Under the pieces are notes generated by a model. It was not told where the DNA came from. It worked only from the letters and a program-made list of their open reading frames with translations, and did not search any database. DNA of 64,000 nucleotides, taken from NCBI RefSeq assembly GCF_018977255.1, contig NW_024704743.1:103852001-103916000 (forward strand), in the 5' to 3' direction. Below, one piece after another: positions 10,824 to 22,010 of the stretch (the stretch's first letter is position 1; every line of letters begins with the position of its first letter). The position numbers and the translations under genes are program-made. The DNA is from Callorhinchus milii (Eukaryota).

Positions 10824-13800
10824 ATCTATATTAAAAAAAAAGATACACATCCCTTTAAGATCACTGAACTATTTGAGACTGTTTAAAGTACATGCTATCC
10901 CCTTTGTGGTTAAACGTTAAGCAGTGCAGTATCTATTTTCACAGACCCTCTGTAATCATGGATTCATATTTTATCATACTTAAAGTATGTTCCCTTTTAA
11001 ATCTGTGTTCCAGCTTCATCCAAATCTTTTTTTAAATGTATTAAAGTTTTTATTGTGGTTATTTGCATATTTTCATGCTTATGTATTTAGGGACAGCACC
11101 GCCCAGGCATATTCGGATCAGTCGATTGTTAATTTTTAACATAAGAGGATGAGAGGGAGGGAGTCCTTAGAAAAATGATACTGCAGCTTTCAAATACCAG
11201 CAATCAAGCTTATACCACATCTGTTTTACTTTCTTCAGTCTCCTTGAGAGCATTTTAATTGTGGTGCCCTTCTCAGTCTTGTACCTGTCAATCTTAAATC
11301 AGTGTCACACATTAAGAATCAATTCTCTCCCGATCTCTCTCTTACACACACACACACACATTTAAAAGTAAACTCATTTGTAAAAGTATTGGTGAAAACG
11401 CATGCATAATGTGGTGTACAAATAAATGCCAATAGTGCAAAGGCACATATACAGCCTTGCATATTTGCATGTATTGATACATATCATTTAGATAGGTGCA
11501 TTCCTCTTGAATACATAAGCATAACGTACATATAATGAATACGCATACGTTAAAGGTAGGTTTGAGCAAACCCCGTTACTGAAATACAAACTGGGACTCT
11601 TCACTGTAAAAGGTTGTTACACGTGTAAAAGTTTCCGGGAGAGTGATCGCTTAGGGTTGTATTGTTTCGAAGAACTGAAGCAGAATTAAAGAGGTTTCAG
11701 CAGAAAAATCGGCGACAGCGTCCGTTTGGGGGTTAGAGAGTGCAGCAGATCACAGCATTACCTGCAGGATTTCTAAGAACGTCAAAGCTTTGCATTTTAC
11801 AAAGAATGCAAAGGGGCTGCCCAAGGCTGGACAGTTTGGCTGATTTTACATCTCCCGTTGTAAGGAGGGCAGTACACCTCTAAAATAACATGACTTTTAT
11901 TTGTTTTAATTTTGACTGTTGTTATATACCTCGCTGACTCTTAAAACTCTCTCTCTCTCTCCCTCCCTCTCTTGTTGCATTGTTTGCTCTCGTTTCTTAA
12001 ATTGAGTGGGAGGGATTTCGACAATATGTTTAACTGCAAGTTTTGATTTAAATCCCCTCCCTCAACAATTACTGTCTGCTCAGTGGGTCAACAAGAGCAA
12101 TGGTGGCGAGTGCTTAACATATTCCAGCTACTGTACTGATTTTAATAAATCAGTGGGACATGTGCAGAATAACATCCTCCATCCCTGAAACGCCAGGACA
12201 GTGCAGGAATCCTTATTCTCGCTCATTGCTCGAAATAATCAAGACATTTAATTAAAGAGGGACCAATGGCACAGACATTATGTGACATGGAATCAACGTT
12301 CCTTCACTGATGCATCGTATTTTTGCTGCAGATTCGTTCAGCTGGCGTGCAACATTTCTGCTGCAAAGCCAAGGTATTGATTATGACAGAATATGATTTA
12401 TTAAACCCGAGCAACGTTTCCTCATCCCCCCCCCCCCCCCCCCCCTCCCCCACACACACCCTAGGGGGAAAGTACCCCTGCAAAAAAAAAAGTAAAGGAA
12501 TTCAGCTCGTGATTATCCTTTAATACCTTTCCTGACAGCAAGCCTGAACTGCAAAGAAATGGTCACTTTGGTAAAGCTCCAGCAAAGCCTTCTAAAAAGG
12601 ACGTCGTGGGCATCAGAGTGAGCGCGTTGCATGAGATAAGCGGCGACTATCTGCAGTGTAAGAAGTTTAATACAGACTCCGAAAGACGTCGAGTTCGACT
12701 AATATTAAGCATTAAAAAATATGAAAGCAGGATCAAACTTCCAAAGCGTTTTGCTATTTTTTCTGAAAATATTCCTCGACATCTCTCGCGTCTCCACTGA
12801 ACGTGGGACACAAACCCCTCGTTTGTATCTCTCTCTACGGTTGTCTTACAAACCGACCCTCTGAGAGTGGAACTGACACAGACTTCGCTTGAATGTTGGC
12901 CGTAGTCGCTGTGGCTGCAATTATTTGCCACTGAAAAAGTCGGCACACGTTGAGAACCAAAGTCAAGATCATTGAAGTGGGAAATCTCTCCAGTGTCGAG
13001 TCGGAAAAAAAAACAACAACTGCCATTTTCCACTTTTTGTGACACAGATCATTCCAGTCACTCAGACATGGCCTTTGCTTTTGACACTCTCTGCAACAGT
13101 GCGCTCTGGAATGTACATACGCAGTATTTTTTATGGCACTGGAGAGTAACAATACATCCACTGTGTTTATCACAAGTGTTGTCGAGTGTTTATTAAATAC
13201 ACAGGCAGATCCACTTATAAATAATCTGGTGTGTCGTACGAGCACTTTCCCGACAATGCCCTGTTTGGGAGCAAATCTTAAGCGAGTCTCTTAATTGCTT
13301 CTAAACCAAGTCGCCAGGAGTGGGACTCAAATCTGAGCTCTGTGAGAGCAAACCCCCTCGTTGTCTGAGAATGGGAGAGTGGAGGAGAATTCCCCATGTG
13401 TGCAGAGCTACCAAGTTAGTGCATCATTTCACCGCATAGACCACACTGAAAACAAGGTGCAGAAACGGCGTAAAAAGAGCTTGTTTCCAAGATTTACGAT
13501 GGTTCCCCGACTGCTTAGTTGACTCGTGTGTTAATTTTTGCTACAAAAAAAGCAGATGAATCAACGACGATCAGACGAGTCACGATGGGCATTAAAAATC
13601 GATCGTGTTCAGTAAAAAGTTTCTCCGTTCCTCATCCTACAGAGCGAGTTGTATGTCGCTGTTATGTCCTTCCCTCTTCTACCCCCCAAAAAAGGGAATG
13701 AGTCAAGAGTTGGGACCTTAAATTAAGGAAACGATACTTTTCACTTCTCCCACACGAAAAAAAATAGAGAGACAACGAAACGTCACATCTCTGTAACAGA

Positions 13801-15297
13801 GTGGATAAGGATTTTAAATATGGTCGCATTTCGGTTATTACATTTTGGCTATATTATTTATGTTATTGCAACACTATTAATAGACTACTGCCGTTGAATA
13901 CAGATTTCAGGAGGTAAATCAATAAAACTTCTTGCTCATTCCACACACGAACGATTGGCCCAGCGATGCCTCTATTCATTATCTGATTAAACACTGTACA
14001 AACTGCCATTAATCATCACATCAACATTACGCAATATTCCTTACATACAGCAGAATTAATATTCCAAGCTAACACACCTATCTGTTTCTGCCAATAGTAC
14101 CACACTCCCCAGCTGTAAATGTCAAGGTGTTCAAATATAATTTGCTATTGCTATTGCTATTGCGATTTCTCTCTCTCTCTCTCTCTGTCCAAAATGAAAG
14201 TCTGCTGGAAGGAGCGATCACGTCTGGGAGACAAGAATCGTTAATCAACACGTGTTGGGAACTCGACTGAACAACTGCTTTCCGCAACATTTCCTGTGAT
14301 AAGACACAAAGACTTGCAAAAGAGATCAGACTTCAATAGGGCTTGTGATTCGTGTGAATGCAAACGTGACATTCACTTTCCAGCCCACAGGCCCATTCAA
14401 AGCAATGCACACTTTCATCAGCTCTCAGTTTCCACAAAGTTTTTTTTTCCCCCACAATTAATCCAAACTACTTTAAAGCGGGGAACAGGACGGGCCTCTG
14501 CGAAATGCTGCAATGAAATAAATATTCGAGGCTTTTTTTCTTTTTAAAAAAAAGTTATCAACATGCTCGAGCCAGTGTTCCTGGTTTCGAGGAATTGTTT
14601 GATCAAATCAAACCTGTGGATGCAAATCTGAGGGACGAAACCCATTTTAAAACGAATGTGTTAAGCGATCGCAAGTGTGCGGCCAACTCTCTCACCGGTT
14701 TATTAATTAAATGCTCCAAAGAAAAAGGGCACCACAACAGCAACGATAAATTCCAGCAGATTGCAGTCCAGCTCTTTATTGAGCTGAAACGTTCACAAAG
14801 TCACAGTAACGCACGGGATTGCGAGGTTACATTTTTTTTTAGAAAAAAAACATCTTCGCTCGTGCAGCCGAAGATTAAAAAGTTTCACGAACTGTTCGCC
14901 GAACAGAAAACAAATGCGCATTGTTTCACGCGTGGTGGAGTGGGGGGGGATGGAGAGAAAAAAAACCCGAGAGAAACACGAGTGCTTATTTTTAAGCTGT
15001 ATCCGAGCTGCAAAGTTAAGGCTAAAGTGACCAGATGTGTCAAACGTTGCAAGGAGATGAAACGCACCACCTTAGTGCAAGGCGGCTTTTTGACCACGGT
15101 GGTTGGATCCAGTTTAGATCAGCAGGAAACATTTTAATAGCACTTTCAGACACGTCCGAAACTCACTGCCGTAATAAGTCGCGTTTTGCTGATGGCCATA
15201 TTTTACTGACTGTGGAAAGCGCAACGTAAAACAAACAGCCTTCCCGTGTCCTTGTCAGCCCAGCGAGCCCCCTCTCTGAGTCAAAAGCTACAATTAC

Positions 15298-15600
15298 TTC
15301 TGTCTGCACTTTCAAAACTTGACTTGGCATCGCATCAGGAGATAAAAAACTGAAAGTCCTCCTGTCTGGAGGAGCTGAGCTGAGCCACTGCATTGGAGGA
15401 TGGTGTCTAGTAGCCGCGTTAACACACTCACTCACTCGCTCGCTCGCATAACACACTCATTCACTCACTCCACTCGAGACAACAGGCGCGCACAAAACTC
15501 TCAGCACAACTTTTTTTTTTAAAAAAAAAGTTTAGTCCCAACCATGTTCCTCCAGGTCCCGCCGGTTGGGCCGCAGAGCACTCGCCACTTGTAGTCTGGA
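15298..15600 (-). other. Candidate alternative first or 5' exon of TRPS1 (5' end uncertain)
   Basis: CpG-rich unique sequence ending in a plausible donor CAGAA|gtaatt at 15298/15297, inside the promoter domain. Confidence 0.35.
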
Positions 15601-16447
15601 GAGAAGTAAGTGGAGGAAGGGAAAGGGGTGAGGGGTTGTGTTGTGTGTGTGTGTGTGTGTGATGGTGGGGGTGGTGTGTGTGTGGGGGGGGGGGGGGTGG
15701 TGATGGTGGGGAGGGGGGTGGAGGGTGTGGGAGGAGGAGGTTTGGAAGCAATGAGCTTTCTCTGTTCTCGAGGATCTTTAAAAAGACATCACATTAAAAA
15801 AGCGTGGAACCGCGCCTTCTGCAGACAACATAAAGAGAACAGACCACTCAACTCGGATGTGCTACATCGCGCTACTCCGGCCACGTCATTCAGAAACTTT
15901 CTTGGCGCTAACTAAATGCATCGAGAACCAGATCTCTCACTCTGTGACATCTTTGAACTGAAAAGCCACTTTTAGCACGATCCATTTTTTTTTCTTTCTC
16001 TCTCTCTCTCTTTCTCTTTCTCACACTCACTCACTCACTCACTCACACACTCACACACACACTCACACACACGGCTCTCCCGCAAAGCAAATCACTTTCC
16101 CAACCAAACACCGCCAATTCGCGAGGAAATCCAAAACGTACTTGAGATCATCCTTTCTCTCTGGTAAACTTGACCCTAAAGGCTACTGGAGGCTACTGTC
16201 ACGTACGGGAAGGAACCATTTCTCAAGTCAAGTCTGCCCGAGTGACCTCCCGACCCAACAAATAGGGGAAATACAAACGCATGTGAAATCTGAGAAGTCT
16301 TGCCCTCTTTTTTTGGGGGGAGGGGAGGGGGAAACAACCCCCCACCGTAAGAGATCGCCTTTTCGACTTAGCAACACACACACACACAAACAACAAACGC
16401 ATTGCATTAAACATAAGTGCAACATCAAACTGCGAGCGATTGCAGTC

Positions 16448-16571
16448 CACACACACACACACACACATATATACACAACACACACACACCCACACACACA
16501 CACACAGCCTCTGCGGGGAGAATGGGGGGGAAAAAAATCGCTGAGACCTTTGTTGCTTTTAATCTCAGGCT

Positions 16572-16603
<32 letters not shown>

Positions 16604-16727
16604 CCTCTCTCCCCCTCTTCTCCCTTTCTTACCTGTTGATTTGATGGTAATAATCTTTGCAGCTCGAAAGATGGTGGAGCTTTGGTGAGAGCCATGAACC
16701 GTCTGAGTTGTTGCAGAGTGAGATTTT

Positions 16728-16762
<35 letters not shown>

Positions 16763-16895
16763 AGAGAGGCAGAAAGAGAGAGAGAGAATGAGGGGAAGGA
16801 ACGGGCTGAGCTCGTTGTTCAAACGCGATGCCTATGTCTGTCTGTCTGTCTGTCTGTGTGTGTGTCTGTGTGTGTGTGTATGTATGTGTGTGTTT
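16448..16895. repeat. Cluster of (CA)n, (CT)n, (GA)n, (TGTC)n and (TG)n microsatellites around and within exon 1
   Basis: Visible tracts at about 16448-16506, 16578-16620, 16728-16787 and 16835-16893. Confidence 0.9.
16633..16695 (-). CDS. Upstream ORF, exon-1 part (MALTKAPPSFELQRLLPSNQQ); continues after splicing at 10825-10796 (IWSGKRIHH*)
   Basis: ATG at 16695 with exactly 21 codons to the donor. Spliced to 10825 it reads ATA TGG TCC GGA AAA AGA ATC CAC CAC TGA, overlapping the main ATG out of frame. Translation is not demonstrated. Confidence 0.55.
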
Positions 16896-17020
16896 AATAT
16901 GTCTGAGACAGAAGGGGCACCAGCTCAATCCGGCCCTTTATCACAAATGTTATCGCTTGTCAGGACCCCGGCTTCAACCATTACGTCATTTGCCAGACAC
17001 CATTCAACACTAATAGAAAG
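16633..17020 (-). other. TRPS1: TRPS1 first (5' UTR) exon; 5' boundary approximate
   Basis: Strong donor AATCAACAG|gtaaga at 16633/16632. Blocks GGTCCTGACAAGCGATAACATTT and ACTCTGCAACAAC..AGACGGTTCATGGCT..CCACCATCTTTCG resemble the human TRPS1 5' UTR as recalled (no alignment was run). Confidence 0.8.
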
Positions 17021-17029
17021 AGCGGACAT

Positions 17030-17630
17030 GCCCACAGCAGCAGCACATACACACACACACACACCAGCACATACACACACACCAGCACACACACACACAC
17101 ACCAGCACATACACACACACCAGCACACACACCAACCACACACACACACCAGCACACACACATACACACCAACCACACACACACACACCAACCACACACA
17201 CACACACACCAGCACATACACACACACCAACACACACACACACCAACACACACACACACACCAACCACACACACACACACCAGCACATACACACACACAC
17301 ACACCAGCACACACACACACACACACACACCAGCCAGCAAACCAACACACACACACACCCACCCACCAACACACACACACCAGCCAGCAAACCAACACAC
17401 CAACACACACACCAGCACACACACACACACACCAACCACACACACACACACACCAGCACACACACCAACCACACCACACCAGCACACACACACACACACA
17501 CACCAGCCAGCAAACCAACACACCAACACACACACACACACCAGCACACACACACACCAGCCAGCAAACCAACACACCAACACACACACACACACCAGCA
17601 CACACACACACCAGCCAGCAAACCAACACA
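17030..17630. repeat. Compound (CA)n microsatellite/minisatellite with CCAGCA, CCAACCA and CCAGCCAGCAAACCAA spacers
   Basis: Directly visible ~600 bp repetitive tract. Confidence 0.95.
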
Positions 17631-18067
17631 GGCTGATCACCGCCAGACAGGGCCTCTGCTCTCTTACACAAGACAGCCTTCCAGGCAAACAAACAGACTT
17701 GTTGTCCTGCTTGTGCTTGTGGTGGTGGTGGTGGTGGTTGTTGTTGTTTTGTGTTGGCGAATAAACGGGGAGAGGAAGAATAGCACTTTTTTTTAAGAGA
17801 GAGAGGGGCGAGGAGATGGGTTTAAAAAGAACTCAGAGAGAGAGACAGGGGATGGCGGGGGGGGTGTGTGTGGGTGGGGGGTGTGGGGGGGGGGGGGGGT
17901 GTGTGTGTGTGGGGGGGGGGGGGGTGTGGGGGTGTCGAGAGTTGGTCGATCTAAGCAACCAGAGCTGTTGGCGGGTTTTCTGTGTGGAAATCACGTCTGA
18001 ACAGTTGCTTATGGGGAAGATCTGAGCCATAAGAAAAGAAGCATTGTTCTCAACTTAAGCGTTTATC

Positions 18068-18101
<34 letters not shown>

Positions 18102-20225
18102 CCCCTTCTTTCGCCGCCTCATTAACCACTCAAATACTGTCTGGAGAGACCAGTGTGTCCCTCTCATCTCAAACGGCTTTAAATCGGTCTCAAATCAGTG
18201 ACATGGTTTTTTTAAAAAAATTCACGCCGAGAAACTGACAGCAGAAGCAAAGTCGGAGGCTGTGTCTGAGCGTCTCGCAGCCACTCGATCAGAGTGCGGG
18301 GATAGTCAGCCCTGGTCCAGGTCATCCCTGATCAGATCACGTTAGAATAATAATAATAATAATAATAATAAAATAAATTATGCGTTATATCCTATCAGCC
18401 CGGCATTGAACCCCCACCCCCACCCCCTTTCAAACCTATGATTTACAGCTCTTAATAAGTCTGCTTCCTTAAGAGAGATCCTGTAGGTTGGTGTGTTTGC
18501 TGCCCCCCCCCCCTCCACCCACGTTAAAGTGGAGCTAATCGGAGTCTGTACGTTGTGGTACCCCGGTTACTCTGTGTTACTCAGAGGAACGTGGCATCAA
18601 GTCCTACAGACACGTTGCTTTACCTTCGTTGGCTCTCGATGCAACAACACATGGGTGAGAGTCGATGAGCGAGGAGGGGAGGACAAGCTTGTGCTTGTGC
18701 TTGTGCTGGTGATGCCGTCCGCCTGTGCCCAGTGTCTTGTCAATCCCACAGGTCGCTTTCCCAGACTCTACTGATCCGCAGAGATGTCATGTGGGGCACA
18801 GCCAACAACTCATCCACACCTCTAATCTCCCACACAAGGCGAACGAACGCCAGTCAACCAACACACAGCCCCAAGTACTGGATGTCACATCATTAGGTCA
18901 TATTTTTTTCACACACACACACACACAAAGTTTTTTTTTAAATCTTGAAAAAAACTTTCACATCAGTTCCAAGCTTTCTGCCGTATGACACTCGCAGACA
19001 TCAATCATCTTTTCCTTCCCAAGATACAGAACGGATCTTTCTGATCAGTGAACTATCTCTCTCTTTCATTCCCCCCCTCTCTCAATGGCATTAACTATTG
19101 AGAAAACAAAAATACCCCCAATCTTGTATTTTATCCGCGAAAAAAAAAATAGCTCTTTGTGTTTTTGGCGGTTCGAGAAAGATGAGCGGATCCTTTTGGG
19201 TTATGGTTATGGCAACGTTCCCGTTTCCTTTCGGGATGTTAATCCTTGTCAGGAAGACGGCGTCACCTGGGAATCCTGGAGGTGTTTGAAGACGATCTGC
19301 ATACAATAATTCCAGCGACGCCCAACATCCATCCACTCACTCTCTCCTCTCTCCATTATTGCTCTCTTTCCTCAATTTTGCACCACTCACTCACTCACTC
19401 AATCACTCACTCACTCACTCATTTCAGTTTGAAGCCAAACAACTCCCCAATTTTAATTTTTTGGGGGGAATAAATCGAAAAAAAATTAAAAAGCCTGTGT
19501 CACTCCTGACTGTATTTGAATTCCTTTCGTGTTTCAACTTTCCCTTAACCGTTGTCCTTCTGCTAATTGTCAGAGGGCAAATCCAGACTTGCTTTAAAAT
19601 GGGAAGCAAATCTGTGCTGAATGCGGTTAAACTTCTTATTTGCTGAGTAAGTTAATTTGAAACGTGCTCACCCTTTGGAAAAAGTTTTTGTGTGTGTGTT
19701 TACTGGACTCATTTTAACGCTGCACTGTACTATTTATCTACCAGATCAGTTGAAAATGTGACTCACACCATAATTGGGGACCGATTTTGATCAATCGTTG
19801 GTTCTGGTAATGTTAGACGTGATCGATCGGGAATGTATTTTGAGAGGTTTGTCAAGGAGGACGTTTCACTGGTGTAAGTTGTGGCACATTATAAAGAGAA
19901 GTCAGTGGAAACTTTATATAACACCATCAGCTGTTTGTTATCTTTAAGAAGTTCAGCCCATGTTGTCTCACTCTGCTCGTTCATGAGGTCATTTGGTTCA
20001 TTTTGCACCTTGTGTAAACCATGTGCAAATGCATATGTTTAGGGAGAACCCAAATGCCTTTAACCCTGCAATCAATAACCAATGATAATGATTTATTAAT
20101 TATGTAAACGACGACGACAACTTACACTCATATAGTGCCCTCCACGCACGGCAGCATCTCAGAGCGCTTAACAATAGCAGAGCCTGACTCCAAGCCGGGG
20201 GAAGGTGACCATAAGCATGGTCGAA

Positions 20226-21277
20226 AACAACAACAACAACAAGATTCCATTTATAAAGCGCCTTTCACGTCAGGAGGACGTCCCAAGGCGCTGCACAGTT
20301 GGGTCATGACCCAAGCAGGGGGGAAATGGTCAGGGTGAGGGGAGGGAAGGGAGGGAACGAGGAGGGGGGAAATGGTCAGGGTGAGGGGAGGGAAGGAAGG
20401 GAGCGAGGAGGGGGAAGAGAGTCGAGAGGGGAGCTGAAGGCTCGGTCAAAGAGAAAAGGAAGGTATTAAGGCGGGACTTGAAAAAGGGGAGGGAGAGGGC
20501 AAGGTAGAGGGAGTGAGGGAGAGTGTTCCAAAGGTTTGGGGCGTAGTGGCTGGAAGTGCGACCTCCAATGGTGGAGCGGAGTGTGCAAGGGACAAGCAGG
20601 AAGCCAGTACCAGTCGAGCGGAGGTGCCAAGTGGTGGACTGGGAAGTGAGGAGGTCGGAGAGGAAGGGAGGTGCCAGTGAATCAAGCGATTTGAACACAA
20701 GTGTGAGGATCTTGAAGTCGATCTGTTCGATGACACAGAGCCAGTGGAGCCTGGCCAGAACTGGTGAGATGGGGGCATGGAGTTTGGTCTGGGTCAGTAT
20801 GCAGAGTTCTGAATGAGCTGGATTTTTTGAGCAGTGGAGCGGGGGAGATTGCGGAGGAGTGCATTTGGATAATCCAGGCGGGAAGTGACAAACTCGTGCA
20901 CAAGGGTTTTGGCTGCATTTGGGATAAGGTATGGTTGGAGGCAGGCAATGTGTTGGAAGTAGAGGAAGGTGGTCCTGGTGAGGGGCCGGATGTGGGGGAG
21001 TAAGGGTAACCATGGGTCGAACAGGATGCCTAGATTGTGCACTGCTCGGTGAGTCTGAGGGAAATCCCAGGGAGGTTGAGGAGTTTAGATCCGCAGGAGT
21101 GAAGACGTAGATGGGAAACAAAGAGCATGGGTTCCACATTGTCCACATTCACCTGCACGAAGTTTGCACTCATCCAGGCCCTGATGTCAGAAAAGCTGAT
21201 AGAGCATCGACGGATCTGCAGTTGGTACTGGAGGAGGCAAAGTAGATTTGTGTGTCATCCGCAAACATGTGGAAGTT
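20226..21277 (-). mobile_element. L2-clade LINE 3' fragment (RT C-terminus, 3' UTR, (TTG)n tail)
   Basis: Translations HNLGILFDP.L, FVTSRLDY.NALL and HAPISPVLARLHWL...IDFKILTLVFKSL; (CAA)n tail at 20226. Confidence 0.9.
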
Positions 21278-22010
21278 TACCCTTTGGTGACAACATTCGC
21301 AGATATGGGGTAAATTTCCACGTGTATGCGGATGACACCCAACTCTACCTCTCTGCCTCCACCCTGAACTCCAGGACTACTGGCGTCCTGACCGACATCA
21401 AGTCCTGGACGAGGGCCAACTTTCTCCAACTCAACGTCAGCAAGACCGGGGCCCTCCTGATTGGCTCGCGCCTCAGGCGCTGGCAGCATCAGCCTCCACA
21501 GCTGCACATTCAACCTCACTAAGCCAGTCAGGAACCTGGGTGTTTTGTTTGACCCTGAACTGTCCTTTCTCCCCCACATCCGCGCCATGACCTGCACTGC
21601 CTACCACCACCTCTGCAACATTGACAAACTCCGCCACTGCCTCACCCCTCAGGCTGCCGAAACCCTCACCCACGCATTCATCACATCAAGGTTCGACTAC
21701 GGGAACTTCCTCCTCATCGGCCTTCCCAACTCTTCCCTTCACAGGCTGCAAATCATCTAAAACTCTGCAGCTCATGTACTCTCGCGTACCAGGCTCCATG
21801 ACCCCATCACTCCCACCCTCGCCCGACTCCACTGGCTTCCCATCCCCCCCCCCAGAGGATCGAATTCAAGATCCTCGTCCTCACTTTCAAGGCCATCCAT
21901 GTACTTGCCCCCTTCTACCTCTCTGACCTGCTAACTCCCTACAATCTACCCGCTCCGTCCGTTCAGCAGGCTCCGGTCTGCTCCATGTCTCCCACCCGAC
22001 CCGCCCTACC
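21278..22010 (+). mobile_element. L2 LINE RT fragment with frameshifts
   Basis: GVNFHVYADDTQLYLS, NFLQLNVSKT, VRNLGVLFDPELSF, AFITSRFDYGN. Confidence 0.92.

Larger units (their letters stand above)
14500..19400. promoter_or_regulatory. TRPS1 promoter domain, CpG-enriched and microsatellite-rich
   Basis: CpG is visibly more frequent than in the flanks, there are no SINE/LINE copies, and it surrounds exon 1. CRE-like TTACGTCA at 16981-16988 and paired GATA motifs at 16938-16955. Confidence 0.7.

Noticed and set aside
14595..15137. 180 aa plus-strand ORF antisense to intron 1
   Set aside because: TTG start, no recognisable domain, and composition typical of non-coding DNA with poly-A/T runs.
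17030..17630. Repeat-spacer appearance reminiscent of a CRISPR array
   Set aside because: Low-complexity (CA)n with no unique spacers and no cas genes, in a eukaryotic locus.
16788..17692. Long ORFs of 200-280 aa rich in His/Thr or Cys/Val
   Set aside because: They are translations of the (CA)n array, which lacks stop codons.
20330..21926. Reverse-transcriptase-like ORFs as a possible functional RT gene or retron-like system
   Set aside because: They are truncated, frameshifted L2 LINE fragments typical of vertebrate genomes.
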